This document shows positions 52,984 through 64,000 of a stretch of 64,000 bases of DNA, piece by piece. The notes under the pieces were generated by a model that did no database searches, was not told where the DNA came from, and worked only from the letters and a program-made list of their open reading frames with translations. The stretch comes from Octopus vulgaris. Taxonomy: Eukaryota. The position numbers and the translations under genes were made by a program. The stretch is taken from NCBI GenBank assembly GCA_951406725.2, contig OX597823.1, positions 110,174,001 to 110,238,000 of the forward strand, written 5' to 3'. Each line of letters starts with the position of its first letter. Within the stretch, counting starts at the first letter, position 1.

Positions 52984-53371
52984 ATCTACCCTTCTCATAT
53001 TCATGGGGATTTTTTCTTCTCGAGCATTCATCAAGTCGGTGAGTCGTCTTTGAATTTCAAGCAATTCAGTATTAAATAAGTTGTAAAACCAGAATATTTT
53101 TTAATATAGTCCTCGTGATCCACCTGGGTTGAAGGACTTGAAGAAATTTAATCTAACACATTCAACACATTCAACACGTGTATGTAATAGCCGTGCCAGA
53201 TAATGGAAAGGTCGAGAGGAAATACCATTTTTAGATTGACCTTAGAACATCAGCTGTCAATAATCTGACCCTGCGACAAACAGAACATTAATTTCATATT
53301 TTTCATTCTTAATAATGCGTAACAGCTTTTCTGGAAGATGTGTGTGTGTACGTATATCTTCTATCACTTTA

Positions 53372-53427
<56 letters not shown>

Positions 53428-54254
53428 CATATATGTATGTATTGTGTATGTATATAAAAGTGCGTGTATACACACACACACACACACGTATGTGTGTATA
53501 TATATATGTGTGTGTGTGTATATATATCTTTTACTACGTTGGAACAGCTGTAACCTAATAGGTTTCATTTTACATTTCATGGTCTTTTGTCTACATTAGT
53601 ACTTTGCTCTTCATTTCGGTGGATGTATGTGGATGAAGATGCCAGAACTACTGTGATATCTCACCCCGTCAAGTGTCTGTGATTGCGGAGACAAATGACT
53701 ATACGTATATTGAGCTCTAACGTACAATTATTTGTCTTGCTGTAGCAAAGAAGAATTATTAAACACACACACAGACACACACACACTGAAAATGTGCTGA
53801 CGATCTTAATGTTTTCTCTACATGAATCAGTGGCAAGTCCGTTGGAAAATGTAAACAACAGTCACCAAATGAATTATAGATAGATGTGCAAATAAGTAGA
53901 AACTTTATTATTTCTAAATCTCTCAGCGAGAGACATGCAATAACGATACTGTAAAGTAAAGATTATTTGCCAACATAATATGGGAATCCCGGTAAAAAGA
54001 GAGACATTAATTTCTGGGAAAATACAGCATAAACCTTTTCGACAATAATTTTTGGCACGATACTTACCTTGAATAGACCTAGATTTCTTTTTTAAAATTT
54101 CATGAAAATCTTTCTAACTCATCGTGAAAATGTACCCCCCACCCTCACTCACACATTTTAACTTCGAATCAGTAATTTTCCATGTCTATCTGTCGTTAGA
54201 CTTGCAGTTGTTCTTTTCTGTATACTAGTCCAAAACTACACAAGATTATTTATA

Positions 54255-54427
54255 GAGTTAATCCAAACATGAAAACACAAAGAGAAAACACAACAACGCG
54301 AGGACGTGGAACAAGTATAGTATTATTGGATGCTCAGGAAAGAAGGAGGGTTTAACGTTTCGAGCGGAGCTCTTCGTCAGAAACATCGGAAAAGGAAAGA
54401 TCCATAGATGGGAAGACGGAGGAAAAA
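54255..54427 (-). mobile_element. 173-bp hammerhead-containing short retroelement with 13-bp TSD
   Basis: TSD 'aagattatttata' at 54242-54254 and 54428-54440; HHR at 54350-54384; second copy at 57245-57450. Confidence 0.8.
54350..54384 (-). ncRNA. Minimal type-I hammerhead (Penelope-type)
   Basis: gttt-CTGACGA-a-gagc-tcc-gctc-GAAA-cg-TT-aaac; palindromic ACGT stem III. Confidence 0.75.
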
Positions 54428-55072
54428 AAGATTATTTATATTGCTTTCAAAGCACTTCAAAGCTTCATATCAACATTAGCTTATTCAATAGCCATATTCG
54501 TTAAACATATGACCGAACCAAGACAGAATTTTTTTCCTATTGCAAAATCTAACTATTTTACAGACACTACACGTTTTGGGTTGAATTTCTTCATAATCTA
54601 TCTCATTTCTCCGGAGGTTTGGGTATCAAATTCAGACCAAAATTCAATTAAAGGCCAAAATTTTACGAGAATTTACTAATCAGTAAATTCTCTCTCGCTG
54701 GCGTGTTGTATTTATGATGGTGGTCGATGATCGTGGTCAATACTCCTTTGATAACTCGTCGAGCTGATGGCTATCGGAGTTTAATATTCTCTGACTGGGC
54801 TGCTCCGTTTATATTTAGTGGAGACTTTGATCGGTAAGCATTTGCATAACGCTTTACAACTTTTCATATTGATATCGTTCTGTATTGTATAAGCACGAAA
54901 GTCATGTGACATACCAAGTGAAGAAGCGGAACATATTTTTGGAGCACACGATTAAGTCTTAAGTGTTTTTGACTTTTATGTCTAACGGAAGTCTTAGGCG
55001 TTTAATGGCATCAATTTTGTATTAGTTTCTCAGGTACAATCATTCTACATTACGCTTCAAACGTGGATTTCT

Positions 55073-55204
55073 AAATTATAAATTGAAAATTTTGATGCGA
55101 TTCTATTGTCACCAAGTGTGATAAATTTTCTCCTTGACAAATTATAAATTTCAAATTTTGATGCGATTCTATTGTCACCAAGTGTGGTAACATTTCTCCT
55201 TGAC
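55073..55204. repeat. Tandem duplication, ~66-bp unit
   Basis: 'aaattataaatt..aa.ttttgatgcgattctattgtcaccaagtgtg.taa...' occurs twice. Confidence 0.9.
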
Positions 55205-55319
55205 ATGTTTCTCATGTTTCCAGGACACAAATATGTTTTTAGTATACCATGCTTATATATCAGCTGCTTAGACCATTATCACATATTTATTGCAAAAATA
55301 ACAATGTTAAACCCTTAAA

Positions 55320-55550
55320 CAGAAGATATCAGCAATTGATATTTCATAAGAGAAAAGTGAACATTCTCAATCGATGTTTCATTAGAGAACAACGGACATC
55401 ATCAAACTAGGAGAGCAGAGAGCGGACATCTTCAGCTGTTATCCTCAATTGAGGTTTTATTAGAAATAAAGCGGATGCCATCAATTGATGTTTCATTACA
55501 AAACGGTGAACATCAACAGTTGAGTTTCCATAAGAGAAAGCTGACATTCT
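55320..55550. repeat. Degenerate ~35-bp minisatellite
   Basis: Recurring 'caattgatgtttcattagagaa...g(a)acat' units. Confidence 0.6.
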
Positions 55551-55955
55551 CTTTTTCTCTTTTTACTTGTTTCAGTCATTTGACTGCGGCCATGCTGGAG
55601 CACCGCCTTTAGTCGAGCAAATCGACCCCGGGTCTTATTCTTTGTAAGCCCAGTACTTTTTCTATCGGTCTCTTTTGCCGAATCGCTAAATAACGGGGAC
55701 GTAAACACACCAGCATCGGTTGTCAAGCAATGCTAGGGAGACAGACACAGACACACAAACACATACACACACATACATATATATACATATATACGACAGG
55801 CTTCTTTCAGTTTCCGTCTACCAAATCCACTCACAAGGCATTGGTCGGCCCGGGATATAGCAGAAGACACTCGCCCAAGATGCCACGCAGTGGGACTGAA
55901 CCCGGAACCATGTGGTTGGTTAGCAAGCTAGTTACCACACAGCCACTCCTGCGCC
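55549..55955 (-). mobile_element. CORE-SINE copy
   Basis: Same family as 24495-24896. Confidence 0.9.
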
Positions 55956-56118
55956 TATCATTATCAATTTAAGTTTCAAAAATTTTAAATGGATCGGCCA
56001 TCATCAAAGGAAAGTAAATATTTTACGGCACTTTTCTATAATTAGATTGTGAATTTTATTGAGGGATTGATTTTCGATTATTATATTTATTGTACATATT
56101 TAAAGTAAAAATAAGTAT

Positions 56119-56344
56119 AAACATTATTGCTGCGTGGAAGGTGTTTATAAAACACTTAAAAACACACAAAAACCGTTAGATCCACATTTAAATTTAACTT
56201 GACAAAATATTTTCGTCGCTTTGAGACCGCGACATGTTCACTGACAAAATTCTGTGCTGACAATTAAATTTAAATGTTGAAGTGAAACTAACGTTTTTTG
56301 TGTGTCTTGAATGACTTATAAAACCTTCCATGCTGCAATTGTTT
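56119..56344. mobile_element. Palindromic element (~80-bp imperfect inverted arms) with a central variant hammerhead
   Basis: ttgctgcgtggaagg...cacacaaaaaccgttag..catttaaatttaa pairs with ttaaatttaaatg..ctaacgttttttgtgtg...ccttccatgctgcaa. Confidence 0.8.
56198..56248 (-). ncRNA. Minimal hammerhead with G3-C8 core swap
   Basis: Minus strand: tttgtca-GTGAACA-t-gtcgc-ggtctcaaa-gcgac-GAAA-atat-TT-tgtcaag. Confidence 0.55.
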
Positions 56345-57244
56345 CTGTTTCACATCAGGTCACTTGCTATGCAAGTAGATCTCCGTAAGTATAAAAATTA
56401 CTCTTAAGAAGAGCAATATTTAAGAGGATTTTGCCCGTTTGGCTCACATATTCATATAATTTTTCCCCGCCGTTTAAAGGTTCAACAATATTTAAAGTCT
56501 ATATTATTATTTCAGTGCCAGCAATTAAAATAAGTATTTCTGAGAGATGCAGTGGTTCCAGTGACCATAAGCAAAACTGTTACACGACGGCCCTGCAAAA
56601 GGAAGCACAACTGTCTTTGTCAGAAGTTATCCAGGCAAACAATGACGATTTACTCGCCACATTTAGGCTCTAATCAGTCGTTACAAACTAACAATAATCT
56701 TAAAGAAATTGATTGAGACAGCTTGTACAACTGTTCCATGATATTTAAGCTAGTAATTCGCCAATAGATTTCTGTCAAAGAGATATTCATTGTCGGCTGC
56801 AAGATTTGCCTATTTCATATGTGAACATCGTCATCCATGTGTTTAAATATGCATAATTTCGGTCTTCTCTAGAGATTTCAATATGTATATTTAAATATGT
56901 GTGTGTGTGTGTGTGCTTCTATGTGTATCTATATATATTTGCGTATATTTGTATGAAGGTATACATGTATCTTTCTGCATATATACACAAGTATATTTGT
57001 ATTTTCAATATGATATAGTACAGGAAAATACCTAAACTTGGAGGAAGTTATAATTATGTTACGTATACACTTGCAGGCGAGTTGAATGTTTATATGCATA
57101 TATTCAGACAAACACATACACACACATATATAATCACGTGCGCGCACGTATGCACGCACACACACACAAACACACATATATGTATATAATTATATATATA
57201 TGTGTGTGTTTATATTATATTATATTATATATATATATATATAT

Positions 57245-57551
<307 letters not shown>

Positions 57552-57772
57552 ATAAATATAAATTTCTAAATATCTCAGAGAGATATAAGCAGTTGTGGAA
57601 CGATAAAGCAGTTGTATACTGTCAACTTAACGTGACAGTCCCATAAAGGGAATCACACCACTGCTTATTTAGCCCTAGGAAGCATCAACGCTTCCTGTCG
57701 GCATTGACACATTTCCTGTGTCCTTATGTTTTCAAAGGGGAGACAAGCACCCCCAACAGCTAGGCCTGCAGT

Positions 57773-57810
57773 CAGAGACATGTTTCTGAGACTTGCTCGT
57801 CATCAGTCTG
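57773..57810 (-). ncRNA. Minimal type-I hammerhead
   Basis: Minus strand: caga-CTGATGA-c-gag-caagt-ctc-a-GAAA-catg-TC-tctg; palindromic ACATGT stem III. Confidence 0.7.
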
Positions 57811-58105
57811 GGGTAGAGGGCTTGCTAGCTGGCTGCAGATGCCTGTCTAGACTTTGCAAACATACATTATTTCAGTGAAGTAAATTCACTGATCACAAAA
57901 AACAGAATAGACTGACGACGAGCGATGCTGCTAACACACTGAATAATCAGTAGACATAGGAACTACATCTGCGTGAGAAATTAAGCCTTTGGGCGCGTTC
58001 AGCAACACCACCTTAGAGAAATCTATATGAAAGAAATGACGTGGTAAGGGGGTGCGGAGTGGCAAGGAAGCGCTTAAAAACAACTTTCATATATTTCGGT
58101 TTGGT

Positions 58106-58447
58106 ATCAATAGTCGTGACTCAACTGCGCACTCCGCGTAAACAGCGTGCTACCATAGTGAGGACAACTCAGCTCTCAAATGAAGACATAAGTCTGCATG
58201 CAGAATCGAGATACTCAAGGTCACATTAAGGACACGATCTCTAACAACCGTGCTTGGGTCATGTGACGTTGAGTTGCTGACGTGGTTGGAAATCAATAGT
58301 CGTGGCTCAACCGTGCACTGATTTGCATAAATCGTGTGCGACCATTGTGAGGACAACTGAGCCCCCAACCGAAAACAATTCTGCATGCAGCGTCCTGGGA
58401 CGCAAGGTCACATTAAGGACATAGTCTCCAACTAACGTGGTTTGGTC
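58106..58447. repeat. Diverged tandem duplication, 186-bp period
   Basis: Shared blocks 'atcaatagtcgtg.ctcaac', 'gtgaggacaact.agc', 'tctgcatgcag', 'caaggtcacattaaggaca'. Confidence 0.85.
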
Positions 58448-59270
58448 TTAAGCACCATAAATCAGTAGGTTAATGTACATGGGATATTTCGATTTGTAAT
58501 CAATAGTTGAAGAATATTTGTATCGGTTTCGCCTACGCTTAGAAGGAAGACTTTGATACTGAAGCTAAAAGAAAATAATCGAATAGTTGCTCAGGATTTA
58601 ACATATGTTAGCATATTTTTCACAATAAACGTAGTGCTTTCTAAACGGCTTTTATTTCAACAAATTGCTACTAATGGTACTACGGGAACAGGCTCTTTTT
58701 GCTACTACCTGGACTGCTTGTATCGTTTCAGTAGCATTTTCTTCCAGTTAGAAAAGAAGCAATGCATGGACCATGCGGGCGATCGTACGTACGCAGGAAA
58801 GGTGGTTTTCTGCCTCTAGGGACCCCCATTACGCATTATGTGAAACATTTTTAAGAGTCTAAAACCATCTCTGCAATATAAGTAATGTATGTTCCCAGTT
58901 TGAAGAAAATCAGTTGCGAACTTCAGAAATTCTGTGGGTTTACACGCACACACAATGCAGACACACGCACAAAAGCAGAAACGCACCCTCAGGTTTATAT
59001 ATATAGATACACACATGTATACTTACGTACGTGTGTGCGTGCGTACACACACACATCCTCAGTTTTACATATATATAGATACATACATGCATACGTACTT
59101 ACACACACACGCACATACTCACATATATACATATATATATAAGTGATGCTGTGTGGTTGATAGGACACAGTTTGTTCGGGGGAAAATGCTTAGAATGTGA
59201 TTTCGATTTGGTAACTTACATTTTTAGCAGGGAAACTATAGGTGTGAGCGTAGATATAGCATTTAAGGTA

Positions 59271-59304
<34 letters not shown>

Positions 59305-59590
59305 CGCGTGTTACATATACGCACATACATGTTCAAATTTATACCTACTTACCTTGATATATTAGTATATATTCACATACACATATTTATATACATACAT
59401 AAATATTACATATATGTCTACATATTTATATATATGAGTATATAAATGAATATATGTGTGTGTGTGTGTGTGCATATGTGTCTATGCATATGTATATGTA
59501 CGTATTTGTAAAAGTCTATATATTTGAGGCAGAATATATATTATATAATATTTTATTCATTCTCTGTCTCTCTCTTTATCTATCTATCTG

Positions 59591-59651
<61 letters not shown>

Positions 59652-60564
59652 ATATATATATATATATCTATCTATCGCACTCCTTTTGTTTACGTCTCTG
59701 TATACACAAAAACGCACACTCATATATATATATATATATATATATATCCTTTCACAAACACGTACATGCGCACAAACACATACACAACCTTAATTTCACA
59801 TACACATACATATACATATAGAAATGGTTCTGTGCATGCAGAAATAGATACATACATATATACATAGATAGATACTATTACTACTTATATATATATATGC
59901 ACACACACACTCAAACACATACGCAGTAATAAACTCACACCCATACAGTACATAATACGTCTTTATTTGTTTATATACAAACAAATTTATATATGTCTAT
60001 TTTTGTTGAGAGTTTTCTCTCCCTCGTATATATATTCATATATTTATCTGTTTTGTGTTCGTCATTGAACAATAGAAATGTAGATACACGATGATGTGGA
60101 TGGAAGGAAGACTCAGCAAACGTTTCAAAAGATTGTTTTGCAAAGTTCCTCTGAGACTCTGCTTCAAAGAAGACTTCTGATGGATCAGGAAATCTGTCCA
60201 CGCCACTCGTGTGAAGATGAAAGCTGAATTGTACAGAGATTTGATGCGCAAAACTAATCAGACCAAGAGGTGTAATATTGTTAGCTCTCCACCTAGCGAA
60301 ATCTATGCGTTTGTGAGTAGATACGTGTGTGTGTGTGTGTCTGTGTGTGTGTGTGTGTGTGCTTGTGTTTGTGTTTTTTATGTATATATGTATTTATACA
60401 TACGTACATACACTCACATACATATAAAGGCACTTTTTTGTATAACTTCACTTCTCTATATGACATTATATTTATACATTACGTTTCTACACACACACAG
60501 TCACACATACACACACACACAGTCACACATACACACACACACGTAATATGTATATATATATTTA

Positions 60565-60603
<39 letters not shown>

Positions 60604-60723
60604 AATAAATAAATATATATATATATATATGTATTTATATATATATATGAATATATATATATCTATATATATATATATATGAATATATATACATACATAT
60701 TATATATATGTATATGCAGACGA

Positions 60724-60754
<31 letters not shown>

Positions 60755-60773
60755 AATAACAATAACAACAACT

Positions 60774-60804
<31 letters not shown>

Positions 60805-60826
60805 TAACAACAACAATAATAATAAC

Positions 60827-60915
<89 letters not shown>

Positions 60916-61794
60916 AGAGATGCAGCATAATGAAGTAGATGCAGCAGCAGCAGCAGCAGCAGCGGCATATATTTGTATATGTGTGTATGTTCGTAGGAAT
61001 GTATATATGTAAATGTAGGTAAGGTTCAGAGAATAACTGGATGCGTAGAACTTCAGTCGATGAAATTTTGTTGAATATATGTAGTTTTAGTGTTTGATGT
61101 TTTAATTGTGTGTGTTTAGGTGTACTTAACCTCCGCTTCACCATTCGGCAGTAGACAAGGACAACCACTACCAACACCGCTGCCATACCACCATCGTCAT
61201 TATCACCGTCATCGTCATCACCATCATCATCGTCGTCATCATCATCACCCTCGCTGCCATATCGATTTAGCATGTATTTTCCCATTCAAGCATTTGTTGC
61301 TCGAGTCTGCGGCGTACCAACACCCTTTTCCTCTCCTCAGCGCCTTTCACTTTTCTTATATTATCCGACTATTTCTAAATTTCTAACATCGATCATTCTC
61401 TACTTCAGTAAATTTCTATTGTCATCACGAGGCATTTTATCTCCAACATATATTATCATAATTTGAATAACATACCAATATTAGTTGAATTACTTTACCC
61501 ATATAAAAAGAAATACTTATTTCCTATGTACACCAATTGATATTTTCAATGTTCTCTCTGAATTTACTTCAACTCTGCCTGTCATGCATTTTACCTTTAC
61601 ACGTCCAACAAGCTGCAGTTTCACTTCTCTCTTATCTTACATGCATACCACTTTCACTAAAACTATCTCCCTTTTCCTTAGAGAGTCACGAATAATTGTC
61701 ACTAGGATTATATTTTGCAAAGAGAAAGTATTTGTGCTTAAAGCATATTATAGTCTCCTGATCCTCTTGCACACTCACTCACACGCACATAAAT

Positions 61795-62192
61795 GCACAT
61801 ACATACATACATACATATATACATACATACATACATATATACATACATACATACATACATGCATACATACATCCATCCATCCATCCATACATACATACAT
61901 GCATGCATGCATATATACATACATCGATACATATATACATACATACATACATACACATATTCATGCATACTTGCATACATACATACATGCATACATACAT
62001 ACATATGTACATACATCGATACATCGATACTTACATACATGCATGCATACTTGCATACATACATACATAAATACATACATGCATGCATTCATACATACAT
62101 ACATGCATGCATGCATACATACATGCATACATACATACATACATACATACATACATACATACATACATACATACATACATACATACATACAT
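61795..62192. repeat. (ACAT)n tract forming the tail or target of the adjacent LINE
   Basis: Direct inspection; abuts the LINE terminus. Confidence 0.9.
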
Positions 62193-63498
62193 GATGGTTG
62201 CCAACTCCATTTCGAGTAGAGCCATTGCCCGATTTCTTTATGTCTTAGAATATCATCGATGAGCTGCACGAATACGGCTTTTGAAGCCTCCAAAGTCTTG
62301 CATGCTTTGTGACAATTAGAGCAAGAAAACTTGGTAATTGTATAGTTTACAGCTCCATGAACTTTGCTATGCCTTTTCAAACCACTTTTTGATCTGCATA
62401 CTTTATGACAGAGTATTCATTCGAAATCATCTGTCCGTCTATAACCATTGTGCAGTTGGGCAACGTGTGATTTCATTTGGCTCTTTAGCCCAGCCTTACT
62501 TAGACAAATCTTTCTATATTCATCACATGTAAGATCATCACGTTCATTAATGTTTGTCATAACATCATTCCTGTCAATTTTCCTCATATTTTTTTCTTTT
62601 GTTCTTTGCATCCTCCATTCTCTCCCTTTCAAAGTCATTTTTGCCTTCATACACAACCCTTTTCCATTTTTCTCGGCAATGCGCTAAATCTTCCCAATTG
62701 TCAATTGTAACATTTATCTTATTCAATCCCGACTTCAGACAATCTCTGTACCTCGTATTTGGTTTGTGGGACGGACGCTTACCAGTCACTAATTCTCCGT
62801 AAAAAAACGTTGTTTAGGCATTCTGTTATCTGTCATTCTGACTAAGTGCCCACTCCATCTCAATCTGCACTGCAATAGCAAAGCTTCAATACTGAATCCT
62901 TTCCCTCTTTCAAGCACTTCATCCTCACTCACGAACATTTTCCAGATGATCCTGGAAATCCTTCTGAGACATTGTTGATGAAAACGTTCCATAAGTTTTA
63001 AGTGCTTACGATACACACCCCAGGTTTCGCAAGCATACGACAAAGAGGTTAATATACATATATTGTATACCTTAATCTTTGTCGCAGTGGAAACACCGTG
63101 TCTAGACCATAAGTGGTCTTCCAGTTTGTCAAAAACAAAACTGGCTTTCTGAATGCGTAGTGATACTTCATCATCATGTGTTTAGTGTGCTCCCCAAGTA
63201 AACAAACTTAGAAACCACAGCAAGTTTTCTTCCATACACGAACATACCAGGTTCTATGTATGGTATTCTTGGAGTTGGATGAAACACGACAACAGTTTTG
63301 GTTGGATTTATGGTTAAGCCTAGTGCCTCACAAGCCATTGAAATTGCATTCATAAGATTTAGCATGTCCTCTTCAGTATGAGTGACAATATGACATCATC
63401 CGCATAGAGAAGATCTCTAATAAAAGTTGGGGGCGTTCTTGCCTTAGCTGACAGTCTTCCGATGTTAAATATTTTTCCTGTTGTGCGATATCTGATAT
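62193..63498 (-). mobile_element. 5'-truncated RTE-type LINE (RT C-terminus plus C2H2 zinc fingers), frameshifted
   Basis: YIRYRTTGKIFNIGRL..FIRDLLYADD..GLTINPTKT..FVYLGS..YACETW..ERFHQQCLRRI..RLRWSGHLVRMTDNRMPK..; C2H2 fingers; ends ggcaaccatc(atgt)n. Confidence 0.9.
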
Positions 63499-63520
63499 AT
63501 ATATATATATATATATATAT

Positions 63521-63637
63521 TGGCCTGCTCGCTTAGCCAGCGAGGTGGCGTCATTTTAAGGCTGAATCAATGCGAAGCACATTGTGACCAGCGATGTGTA
63601 GCAACATCTGATAGCCTGGCCGGTCACGGTGATCACG

Positions 63638-63640
<3 letters not shown>
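63521..63640. mobile_element. 120-bp GC-rich structured insert flanked by (TA)n
   Basis: Hairpins ctcgct/agcgag and gtgacc/ggtcac; splits the LINE-derived 'gatatatatgcctt'. Confidence 0.65.
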
Positions 63641-63695
<55 letters not shown>

Positions 63696-64000
63696 TTACT
63701 ATGAAGGCATATATATCAGATATCGCACAGCAGGAAAATACATACATACTTACGCATTTGTACGTATATATGTATGCAGATGCATGAATGCATACACACA
63801 TTCATACAGACATATACATACATGCATAAGTGATTTGTTGGGCCTCTATGCAGTCGTTCCACCTGGTAGATGATATCTCTTCCTGAAAACGCACTCTTCC
63901 GTATTAGAAAAGAGCAAAATGTATAAGTTAACAGGACGATAAATATCTCAAAAACTAGAGAATGGTCAACGATGAAATACTTTTCATCAACGTTGTTCTC

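Noticed and set aside
55320-55550. CRISPR-like array
   Set aside because: Units are contiguous and degenerate with no unique spacers; eukaryotic context and no cas genes
59971-60300. Complex island with an ~100-codon open minus frame as a possible exon
   Set aside because: No recognisable domain or clear donor site; cannot be supported without RNA-seq or homology

Overview
AT-rich, microsatellite-saturated eukaryotic non-coding DNA. No host protein-coding exon can be supported; nearly all listed ORFs are translations of (TA)n, (CA)n, (TAA)n, (ATGT)n or (CTT)n repeats, or of decayed transposons. The repeat content (tRNA-derived CORE-, Meta- and V-domain SINEs; RTE, R4/Dong, HERO-like, Tx1-like and Penelope-like retroelement fragments; mariner/Tc1 and Helitron remnants) suggests a coleoid cephalopod such as Octopus, which is an inference. 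The main unexpected signal is about a dozen hammerhead-ribozyme (HHR) motifs found by eye inside repeats. (i) Non-circularly permuted (pseudoknotted) hammerheads occur in two related Penelope-like 3'/pLTR copies with compensatory stem changes (40636-40698 +, 46038-46097 -), and as a tandem pair in a HERO-like LINE 3'UTR (23067-23220 -). (ii) One minimal hammerhead has the C3-G8 core pair swapped to G3-C8 (56198-56248 -). (iii) Several canonical minimal type-I hammerheads sit in short non-autonomous or palindromic elements. Also seen: a twin-priming-like inversion and a fold-back 5' end in RTE-type LINEs, a trimeric SINE with a 16-bp TSD, and a decayed HDV-like candidate. All structures were paired manually and none has been computed or tested.
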